A stretch of DNA of 64,000 nucleotides. Origin: Bacteroidales bacterium. GTDB lineage: Bacteria; Bacteroidota; Bacteroidia; Bacteroidales; BM520. The translations under genes and the position numbers were made by a program. Positions 9,989 to 18,445 of the stretch are shown one piece after another (position 1 is the first letter of the stretch; every line of letters starts with the position of its first letter). Below the pieces are notes generated by a model that did no database searches, was not told where the DNA came from, and saw nothing but the letters and a program-made list of their open reading frames with translations. Where the stretch lies: positions 76,393 to 140,392 of the forward strand of contig JAISNV010000044.1 in assembly GCA_031276035.1 (NCBI GenBank), read 5' to 3'.

Positions 9989-11551
9989 CTATTCGTTATT
10001 ATATTTGGATTCTTCAAATAATTTATCCAATTTAGATACAATCATCGCAGGATTTGTCAATGGCATTTCGGTTTTATAATCAAATAAATCGTATTCTAAT
10101 AATTCATTTTTCTTGTATTTTTCTATTCTCGGCAGCTTATATCTATTTGTAGTATAGAGATATTCGTCTTTTTCATCGAAAATAATAAGTTTAGGAAAAA
10201 ATACATCTTTCCTGCCGATGAATTTCGTCATAATTTCATTAGCTTCAGCGAACTCTTTTTGAGAACTTCTTCCGAGCTCTTCATAATGAGTGATTTTTTT
10301 ACCATCCCAAGTGCGAACAGTTGCGTAAGAATCGGCAATAGTTTTTTCAATTGCACTGCCAAGATGCATAGTATCATGTCCCGATGGCATTAATAAAACT
10401 TTTCCGCCGCCGCCTTCGATATTTGCGGCATAACGCGGAACTGTAATTCCTGAAAGCCATCCCTGCAAATTTTTCATATATATTTTCCCATTTTGTATTG
10501 GTGTTATAAAATGTACGATTCCTTTTTCTTTATGGCATTGCAAAAGATAATAAGGATGAACGCCAATCCAAAACATTCTCCTGAAAGTTTCAGCTAAAGT
10601 TTTGTAATAATCATTAACATGATTCAATAAAACAGTTTGATTTCTTACAGTAAAGCCATGATCATTAATTTTTCTGATTGTATTTGCGAGTTCTTCCGTA
10701 ATTTCGTGATAATGATTGATATGTGTCATAAAGTACACATATTTATTCGGCCCTACCGTATATTTATTTGCTGAGGTTTTTATCAATTGAAGCAATTCAT
10801 CATCAATTGCCATTGGTAATACAACAGGAACGCGTGTGGCAATTCTTACGGCACGAATATGATTAATTTTACTAAGTTCTTCAAGAACATACTGTAACCT
10901 TTTTTTATTAATCATAAGCGCGTCGCCCCCCGTGACAAGAACTTCATTGATATTTGTATTATAATTAATATAGAACAGTCCTTTATTAATATCGTTAATA
11001 CTAACATCAACAGTACCGTCCAATGATTTCGCTCTTTGACAATGAACACAATAGGAAGCGCAACTCGTATTTTCGGCAACAAATAAAGCAACTCTGTTAG
11101 GGTATCTTTGATAAGCAGCGCCGTAACTTCTTGAGCCTTCATCCATCGCACCTTCCAATCCGGTGTCAGGAAAAAGTAGATTAGCCGGAGTCGGAACACT
11201 TTGCCAAAAAATCGGGTCTAATCTGTATTTTGCTTTTTCTCCCGGCAAAAATACCGGATGAAAAGGATCCTTCTGCATTAGAGTTGCATAGTATGGCGTT
11301 ATTCGTAAAGATTCCTTTCCTTCTACCCTCAAAGTTTCAACAGTTCTTCTTATTTCATTAATCTGATGAGAATTTAATTTAATAACCTTGCTCAACTGCT
11401 CAACATCACGAATAGAATTTTTTAATTGCCATTTCGGATTATTCCAATCTTCCTCAGTAGCATTTTCCCACAGTTTTATTGTTCTATAATCGCGTTGTTT
11501 ATAATAAAACGAATTGTTGGTATTATAAAAATTAGTATTATTATCACTCAT
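9989..11551 (-). CDS. KamA-family radical SAM protein (lysine 2,3-aminomutase-like)
   Basis: CASYCVHCQR is a CxxxCxxC cluster motif, and the protein shows overall KamA-like features as recalled. Start moved to MSDNN (11551) because the track start at 11635 overlaps a TATATTTG box at 11633-11640. Confidence 0.75.
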   Translation of the reverse strand: MSDNNTNFYNTNNSFYYKQRDYRTIKLWENATEEDWNNPKWQLKNSIRDVEQLSKVIKLNSHQINEIRRTVETLRVEGKESLRITPYYATLMQKDPFHPVFLPGEKAKYRLDPIFWQSVPTPANLLFPDTGLEGAMDEGSRSYGAAYQRYPNRVALFVAENTSCASYCVHCQRAKSLDGTVDVSINDINKGLFYINYNTNINEVLVTGGDALMINKKRLQYVLEELSKINHIRAVRIATRVPVVLPMAIDDELLQLIKTSANKYTVGPNKYVYFMTHINHYHEITEELANTIRKINDHGFTVRNQTVLLNHVNDYYKTLAETFRRMFWIGVHPYYLLQCHKEKGIVHFITPIQNGKIYMKNLQGWLSGITVPRYAANIEGGGGKVLLMPSGHDTMHLGSAIEKTIADSYATVRTWDGKKITHYEELGRSSQKEFAEANEIMTKFIGRKDVFFPKLIIFDEKDEYLYTTNRYKLPRIEKYKKNELLEYDLFDYKTEMPLTNPAMIVSKLDKLFEESKYNNE

Positions 11552-11861
11552 GATCTTTAATTTTATTAATATTGATTTGAGATTTCTCTTAAATATTGAG
11601 AGAGGAGTTGATTGTTTAAAAAACAATTTATGCAAATATAAGTATTAATTATCGGAATCTATGAGAATTTGGGATTTTTTAACTTGATTTGAATTAGTAA
11701 TGAATACATTTTATTTGTAAACATGCAAAAACTTTCTTTAATCCCGACTTTTTATATAATGAATTTTTGTTTTTGTAATAATTAAAAAGACATTAATAAT
11801 CAAATTATTACATTGCAATGTATTAATTCTTTTATGCTTTTCGCTTTCACACATTTTTCTA

Positions 11862-11869
11862 TATCTTTG
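11862..11869 (+). promoter_or_regulatory. -7 promoter box TATCTTTG for the HydE-like gene
   Basis: The box lies 18 nt upstream of the ATG at 11888 and inside the track's N-terminal extension. Confidence 0.5.
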
Positions 11870-11887
11870 CATTCCAAATATAATCCG

Positions 11888-12949
11888 ATGAAAAAAACTT
11901 TAATAAATCTGATTGATAAACTTGAAGTTGAAAAGATTCTTTCAAAGAAAGAATTCGTTCAATTATTAATTGAGCATAAAGATGTTGAACTTGCCGATTA
12001 TATTTCTCAAAAAGCAAGAAATACCAAAGAAAAGAATTATGGGAAAGATGTTTATATTAGAGGATTAATCGAATTTACAAACTACTGTAAAAACGATTGT
12101 TATTATTGTGGAATTTGTGCTTCAAATAAAAATGTTGTTCGATATAGAATGACAAAAGAACAAATCTTGGAATGCTGTGAAATAGGATATAAACTCGGAT
12201 TTAGAACTTTTGTCCTGCAAGGCGGTGAGGATAAATGGTTTACTGATGAAAGAATGACAGATATTGTAAGTTCAATTAAAAAGAAATTTTCTGATTGCGC
12301 AGTCACTTTATCATTGGGAGAAAGAAGTTTTGAAAGCTATAAATTATTGAAGGAAGCCGGTGCCGACAGATATTTGTTGCGGCATGAAACGGCTAATCCG
12401 GAACATTATTCGAAACTACATCCCCAGAAAATGTCTTCCGAACACAGAAAACAATGTTTACTGGAGTTAAAATCGTTGGGTTATCAATTCGGAACGGGGT
12501 TTATGGTAGGATCTCCATATCAAACTTATGAGAATCTTGCGGAAGATTTGATTTTTATTTGCGATATTCAACCGCATATGGTTGGTATAGGTCCTTTTAT
12601 TCCGCATCACGATACAAAGTTTGCAGATTTTAAAGGCGGTACGGTTGAGTTGACTGTTTTTCTTATTTCGATTCTGAGATTAATGTTGCCGTATTCTTTA
12701 TTACCGTCAACTACAGCATTAGGTTCTATTGATGTGTTTGGTAGAGAAAAAGCGATATTGGCGGGAGCAAATGTTGTTATGCCGAATTTATCGCCGGTTA
12801 AGGTTCGGAAAAAATATATGATTTACGACAATAAAGTAGGTATTGAAGATGACGCTGTTGCGAGTCTGGAGAATATCAAGAGAAAGATAGAAAGTACTGG
12901 GAATAGGATTGTAGTTTCCCGCGGAGATGTTATTAGAGTTGAGTGTTGA
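11888..12949 (+). CDS. Radical SAM protein, HydE / biotin-synthase-like
   Basis: FTNYCKNDCYYCGI is a CxxxCxxC motif. About 350 aa with a HydE-like layout (FVLQGGED). Start taken as MKKTLINL. Confidence 0.6.
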   Translation: MKKTLINLIDKLEVEKILSKKEFVQLLIEHKDVELADYISQKARNTKEKNYGKDVYIRGLIEFTNYCKNDCYYCGICASNKNVVRYRMTKEQILECCEIGYKLGFRTFVLQGGEDKWFTDERMTDIVSSIKKKFSDCAVTLSLGERSFESYKLLKEAGADRYLLRHETANPEHYSKLHPQKMSSEHRKQCLLELKSLGYQFGTGFMVGSPYQTYENLAEDLIFICDIQPHMVGIGPFIPHHDTKFADFKGGTVELTVFLISILRLMLPYSLLPSTTALGSIDVFGREKAILAGANVVMPNLSPVKVRKKYMIYDNKVGIEDDAVASLENIKRKIESTGNRIVVSRGDVIRVEC

Positions 12950-13083
12950 TATCTGAAAAATTGATAGTGTGTTTATAAATAATCATTGCGAAGAGTATAA
13001 CTGTTAAACAATCCTGAAAAGAAATTCAATAGACTGTTTTTTAGATGAATTCTTCGCAATGACAAAATCCGAACAAGTATTTC

Positions 13084-13746
13084 TTAAAATAATATTGCGA
13101 GCTTAAGAGCCCACATTCTTACGTTAATGTTTTCATCACTGATAACCTGTGTTGGTACATCCTGTTCCTTAACCGAAATTGTATGATCTCCCAAAAGATA
13201 ATAGTGAATGCCCAAGCTTACGAAATTAAATGCTGTTATACCAACTCCGAATTCGGTAGCAAATTTTGTTGAATTCTTATATTTAACGATATTGTCTTTC
13301 CAGCCTTCACGAGTTTTCATAAGAATATTGGCGCCGAGCCCGGCTTCACCATAAATACCGACAATCTTAAAAAGTGAAAGATGATAACGAACTCCCGCAA
13401 AAAGAGGAACATTAACATATTGAGGAATGGTTTTGGAAATTTCTTTGTATTGATCCTTTGTTTCTTTATCCAAAGAGTTCCAAACTAATTCGGCGTGAGC
13501 AAAAACATTAAATCCCAGAGGAAGTTTAACGTTGTATCTTAGTCCTAACGATGCTCCAGTAGTAGTGCTGCCGTCAACTGTTGCGGTTCCAGATTGTAAA
13601 GAAATCTTTGGCGTTTTGAAATCACCAGCGGGAAATATTCCGCCAAGGTGTAAAGAAAGTCCTGTCTTTTGAGCGAAAGCTCCTGTACATGTTGAGATTA
13701 ATATCAACCCAACGAATAAAGTTTTTATTACATTATTTTTTCTCAT
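13084..13746 (-). CDS. Small outer-membrane beta-barrel protein (OmpW/OprF-N-like porin family)
   Basis: 220 aa with a signal peptide ending AFAQ, alternating beta-strand pattern and a C-terminal F. A TATCTTTG box lies at 13787-13794 on the minus strand. Confidence 0.55.
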   Translation of the reverse strand: MRKNNVIKTLFVGLILISTCTGAFAQKTGLSLHLGGIFPAGDFKTPKISLQSGTATVDGSTTTGASLGLRYNVKLPLGFNVFAHAELVWNSLDKETKDQYKEISKTIPQYVNVPLFAGVRYHLSLFKIVGIYGEAGLGANILMKTREGWKDNIVKYKNSTKFATEFGVGITAFNFVSLGIHYYLLGDHTISVKEQDVPTQVISDENINVRMWALKLAILF

Positions 13747-13835
13747 AATAAGATAAAATTTAATTAATCACTTTTTTAATTTTCGGCAAAGATAAAAATT
13801 TTTTAGAATTTCTGTTTCAATTCAAAAAAATATTG

Positions 13836-13843
13836 TACTTTTG
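13836..13843 (+). promoter_or_regulatory. -7 promoter box TACTTTTG for rplU-rpmA
   Basis: TTCAAAAAAATATTGTACTTTTGCAGTCCG is nearly identical to the rpsF promoter. Confidence 0.6.
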
Positions 13844-13882
13844 CAGTCCGAAAATTAAAAAAATAAATTTTAAAAATTAATA

Positions 13883-14194
13883 ATGTACGCTATTGTAGAA
13901 ATCGCAGGAAAGCAATTCAAGGTCGAAAAAGGTAGATATGTTTATGTAAACCGCCTTGATGCAAAAGAAGATACGAATATCGAATTTGATAAAGTACTTC
14001 TTTTAGATACCGATGATAAGGTATCAGTGGGTACACCTCTTATTGAGGGCGCTAAGGTTGAAGCTAAAGTTCTTCAACATTTGAAAGGTGATAAAGTTCT
14101 TGTCTTCAAAAAGAAAAGAAGAAAAGGATATCAAAAATTAAACGGTCACCGTGACTATCTTACAAAGATAATGATTGAAAATATTGTTTATTAA
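13883..14194 (+). CDS. rplU: 50S ribosomal protein L21
   Basis: MYAIVEIAGKQFKVEKG... is a canonical bL21 N-terminus. Confidence 0.95.
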   Translation: MYAIVEIAGKQFKVEKGRYVYVNRLDAKEDTNIEFDKVLLLDTDDKVSVGTPLIEGAKVEAKVLQHLKGDKVLVFKKKRRKGYQKLNGHRDYLTKIMIENIVY

Positions 14195-14213
14195 ACCCTA
14201 AAATCAGAAAGAT

Positions 14214-14474
14214 ATGGCACATAAGAAAGGAGCCGGTAGTTCTAATAACGGTCGCGAATCACATAGTAAACGACTTGGTATTAAAAAATTTGGCAGTGAG
14301 ATTGTTAAAGCCGGCAATATAATTGTTAGACAAAGAGGTACAGTTCATAAACCGGGATTAAATGTCGGTATTGGTAAAGACCATACACTTTATGCATTAA
14401 TTGATGGTACAGTTTCATTCCGCAAAAAAAGAGATAATAAATCTTATGTAAGCGTAATGCCTATTACAGAATAA
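14214..14474 (+). CDS. rpmA: 50S ribosomal protein L27
   Basis: [24 protein letters not shown]... is canonical bL27. Confidence 0.95.
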   Translation: MAHKKGAGSSNNGRESHSKRLGIKKFGSEIVKAGNIIVRQRGTVHKPGLNVGIGKDHTLYALIDGTVSFRKKRDNKSYVSVMPITE

Positions 14475-14499
14475 TCATTGTTTCATATATTGATGTTTT

Positions 14500-14541
14500 G
14501 AGAAAGGAGTTGCACGAAAGTGTAACTCCTTTCTCTTTTTC
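14500..14541 (+). terminator. Rho-independent terminator after rpmA
   Basis: GAGAAAGGAGTTGCAC-GAAA-GTGTAACTCCTTTCTC followed by TTTTT. Confidence 0.8.
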
Positions 14542-14970
14542 AGTATGTTATATTTACAGGTTGTTAAAAAATATATTGAAGTTTTTCAAATGAATTAAAG
14601 GACTTTGTTCGTTTTGTATAAAAAATATTAACTCAGAACAATTATATACAGAGTCGGTTGTTTTTAACCGGCTATAATAAAAATGAATGCCAATATTTGC
14701 GAAAATAAAAATATTCAGAGGAAGTGCCCGGAAGGATTTTTACCGGATTATGTTTCAATGTATGGTTACCGATTATTCGGGGCAAAATATATTCATCTAA
14801 ACACAGTATCCGGATAATATTATTTTATTTATATATATAGATTAGAAATCTGAAAATCTTATCCGGAGAAATTTTTTGACCTGGAACGACAAGGAAGATC
14901 TTTTAATAAACAAAAGTGGCCGGAAGATATTTTCCACCGACTACTTTTGATCAATCCGGGCTCTATGCTA

Positions 14971-15366
14971 TTATAAGTCTATTACTATTTCCACCGGATG
15001 AGGAAGTGTAAAAGTTTGGGTATACTTGTAGTACGGTTCATAATTTAGAGTTACTTCTACAGTAAAAGCTTTTGTTCTTGAAACATTATTTACAAGTTGA
15101 CCGCAATAAGGTCCATCAATAAATCCTCTTAGGCCTACGTAATATACCTGATTAGGAACTGCTGTTGTAATACTAGTCCCGTCAGGTAAAATTACTGTTT
15201 CGGGTTCCCATTTAAATGTAACTGTTGCCAGACTGGACATATAAGAACAGATATTAACAGTTACCGGTAAAGGTGTTTTTGTTGATAATTTACCCTCTTG
15301 CCCGAAGGCAGAAATTGAAATAAATAATGTTGCAATAAATGCTCCTAAGAATTTGGTTCTTTTCAT
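14971..15366 (-). CDS. Small secreted protein, unknown function
   Basis: 131 aa with a signal peptide (..ISAFGQE) and two Cys. A TATCTTTG box lies upstream on the minus strand. The gene abuts the CRISPR array. Confidence 0.5.
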   Translation of the reverse strand: MKRTKFLGAFIATLFISISAFGQEGKLSTKTPLPVTVNICSYMSSLATVTFKWEPETVILPDGTSITTAVPNQVYYVGLRGFIDGPYCGQLVNNVSRTKAFTVEVTLNYEPYYKYTQTFTLPHPVEIVIDL

Positions 15367-15487
15367 AAAATTTTAAAATTTAGTTAAAAATAATTTTGTT
15401 GCCGCAAAGATAGTAATAATTCTTAGAATTTACTCATTGAAAAAACTGAATTAATAAATAGATTACTTTACTTTTGACTAACGAATG

Positions 15488-16916
15488 GTTGTGATTTAAT
15501 TTTAAAATTTGGTATCTTTGTTGTTCGAAACAACGTGTCGAACGTTTCTTCCGTAACAGCGCCGTTGTGATTTGCTTTCAAAATTTGATATCTTTGTGGT
15601 TCGAAACAACAAATCCACTGGTGAACTTATCGGTGAAGAAGTTGTGATTTGCTTTCAAAATTTGATATCTTTGTGGTTCGAAACAACGTTTTAGTTCTGT
15701 TTGCTATCTTCCTTAATGTTGTGATTTGCTTTCAAAATTTGATATCTTTGTGGTTCGAAACAACAAATTGATTTATTTAGCCCGTGAAGCTGCGGTTGTG
15801 ATTTGCTTTCAAAATTTGATATCTTTGTGGTTCGAAACAACTTTTGCAATGCGATTATATCTATCTACTCCGTTGTGATTTGCTTTCAAAATTTGATATC
15901 TTTGTGGTTCGAAACAACAAGGGTTGTTGGGTAATTTATGGTGTGGAGGTTGTGATTTGCTTTCAAAATTTGATATCTTTGTGGTTCGAAACAACGGTAA
16001 AGCTTATTACTAACAATAATTTATAGTTGTGATTTGCTTTCAAAATTTGATATCTTTGTGGTTCGAAACAACCCCAGTACCGGGATTCAAGGGCGTAATC
16101 GCGTTGTGATTTGCTTTCAAAATTTGATATCTTTGTGGTTCGAAACAACTGAATCAATATACACTCCTATAAATGGTGGGTTGTGATTTGCTTTCAAAAT
16201 TTGATATCTTTGTGGTTCGAAACAACCATAAAGTGCAACCAAATGACTACTTGTGTGTTGTGATTTGCTTTCAAAATTTGATATCTTTGTGGTTCGAAAC
16301 AACTAATCAACAATGATTGTGTGGTTGAGTTAGTTGTGATTTGCTTTCAAAATTTGATATCTTTGTGGTTCGAAACAACTTATAGTTATGATGAAAATCG
16401 CAACTGTACGTTGTGATTTGCTTTCAAAATTTGATATCTTTGTGGTTCGAAACAACAGGCTATCAAGGTTCTGAGGGGGCGATTGAGTTGTGATTTGCTT
16501 TCAAAATTTGATATCTTTGTGGTTCGAAACAACCAATCGTAGCAATTGGTGTGGTTGGTCTAGGTTGTGATTTGCTTTCAAAATTTGATATCTTTGTGGT
16601 TCGAAACAACGGGATACCAAGGTTCTGAGGGTGCTATGGAGTTGTGATTTGCTTTCAAAATTTGATATCTTTGTGGTTCGAAACAACGTTGAGTTTATTA
16701 ATCTTTTAAAGTTGAATGTTGTGATTTGCTTTCAAAATTTGATATCTTTGTGGTTCGAAACAACCGTTAAATAATGAGGTGTCTGGTCATGCTGTTGTGA
16801 TTTGCTTTCAAAATTTGATATCTTTGTGGTTCGAAACAACCATCAATCCGTAGAACCGCAGGTCGTTTTGTTGTGATTTGCTTTCAAAATTTGATATCTT
16901 TGTGGTTCGAAACAAC
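15488..16916 (+). CRISPR. Type II-C CRISPR array: 19 x 47-nt repeats and 18 spacers of 29-30 nt
   Basis: Repeat is GTTGTGATTTGCTTTCAAAATTTGATATCTTTGTGGTTCGAAACAAC with a period of about 77 nt. Eighteen copies are identical. The cas-distal copy (15488-15534) has 5 substitutions. Strand is assigned from tracrRNA anti-repeat complementarity. Confidence 0.97.
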
Positions 16917-16966
16917 ACGAACTGCGTAAGTTGATGAAAATCACAGAATAGAACTGGTTGTTGCGA

Positions 16967-17001
16967 ATAAAAAATCTCACGAATTTTCGTGAGATTTTTT
17001 T
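16967..17001. terminator. Bidirectional rho-independent terminator between cas2 and the array
   Basis: An A-run, then ATCTCACG-AATTTT-CGTGAGAT, then a T-run. It can serve cas2 on the minus strand and the array on the plus strand. Confidence 0.8.
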
Positions 17002-17023
17002 GTTTTTATACCAAAAAACTAAT

Positions 17024-17371
<348 letters not shown>

Positions 17372-17491
17372 TTAATTACAAAACAGCTTGTCATCCACTT
17401 CTTCCCGAATCGAGACTATGGTTTCGATCGAATAAATTTTACTTCTGCATAGTACTTATTAATTATAAGATTCATAATTTACAATTTGTAA

Positions 17492-18427
17492 TTATTTAAA
17501 ACTCGGATAATTAATTTTTCTGCTTTCACCTAAGTAGCATTTTGATAAAGATGCTGTTGTTTGTGATGCGGCTATCATCAACGGACTTCTCGATCCATTT
17601 ATCGTTACATCTAAAACCGGTATGCGCAAAAGTTTTTCTTTTATTTCTTTTGTCAAGTTTTCGATATCATTATATTCGTCACATATTTCTATAACAAGTT
17701 TATCGACAAAAGGTCTGTAGGGTTCCATAATATCGTCGGCCAAACAATATGCATTATATCTGTTGTGATGATGTATTCCTAAAGTTGGAATTAATCCGCT
17801 AATAACTAAAGCTCTTGCAATCACTGCTCTTAGTATTGCATATCCATAATTTAAAAGATTGTTCGGGGGAGTTCCTTCTTTATCTCTTTTAAAGGAATCA
17901 ATATTAGGGAATAGATTATTCCAATAATAGACAGCTGCCCGTGCCTCCAAATTTTCCGAATCACCGCTTTTCACTTCATTTGCCCAAGCAGTCATATTTC
18001 CTGTATTAACCTTGCGAAATTTAGAGAGTACATGTGCTTGATTTTCAATTTTTGCTTTGATTGTTTGTTGCCATAATTGTTTCTTTAGTGGTAAGGATGC
18101 ATCTACCTGATGTCTGAAACGCTCACTTTGTGTTGTATTTCCATGCAGAGGAAGCAATAATCCGACCGGCATATGACTATTGCTACAAGTAATTACCGCA
18201 CAGTTATTATCAAGAAGAAACTCAACTAACCCATTTGTTAGGGTAATTTGTTTATTATCAAGTACAACTACTCCGATGTCTTCAATAGGAACACTTTTAT
18301 GTGTCTCAAGTTTTTCATTTTCAGATAAACGATCGTTATTCTCAATTTCCGGTATTCTTACTATCAATTGAGAACTCCGCAAACTCAAATAAGCCGGATT
18401 GCCGAAATAAAGTGTTTTTTTGATCAT
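17492..18427 (-). CDS. cas1: CRISPR-associated endonuclease Cas1 (type II)
   Basis: 311 aa, lying between cas9 and cas2. Cas1-like motifs NNLLNYGYAILR and EPYRPFVD. Confidence 0.92.
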   Translation of the reverse strand: MIKKTLYFGNPAYLSLRSSQLIVRIPEIENNDRLSENEKLETHKSVPIEDIGVVVLDNKQITLTNGLVEFLLDNNCAVITCSNSHMPVGLLLPLHGNTTQSERFRHQVDASLPLKKQLWQQTIKAKIENQAHVLSKFRKVNTGNMTAWANEVKSGDSENLEARAAVYYWNNLFPNIDSFKRDKEGTPPNNLLNYGYAILRAVIARALVISGLIPTLGIHHHNRYNAYCLADDIMEPYRPFVDKLVIEICDEYNDIENLTKEIKEKLLRIPVLDVTINGSRSPLMIAASQTTASLSKCYLGESRKINYPSFK

Positions 18428-18445
18428 GATATTAATTAAACATGT

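Noticed and set aside
15809-16686. Several 60-64-aa ORFs on both strands (MFRTTKISNFESKSQ..., ...VVSNHKDIKF).
   Set aside because: They are translations of the 47-nt CRISPR repeat and its spacers. Their shared ends are repeat-derived.
16917-16966. AAATCACA and GTTGTTGCG near the cas-proximal end of the array, considered as a partial repeat, an anti-repeat remnant or a second tracrRNA.
   Set aside because: These are matches of only 8-9 nt with no nexus or terminator context. The full tracrRNA is at 23221-23305.
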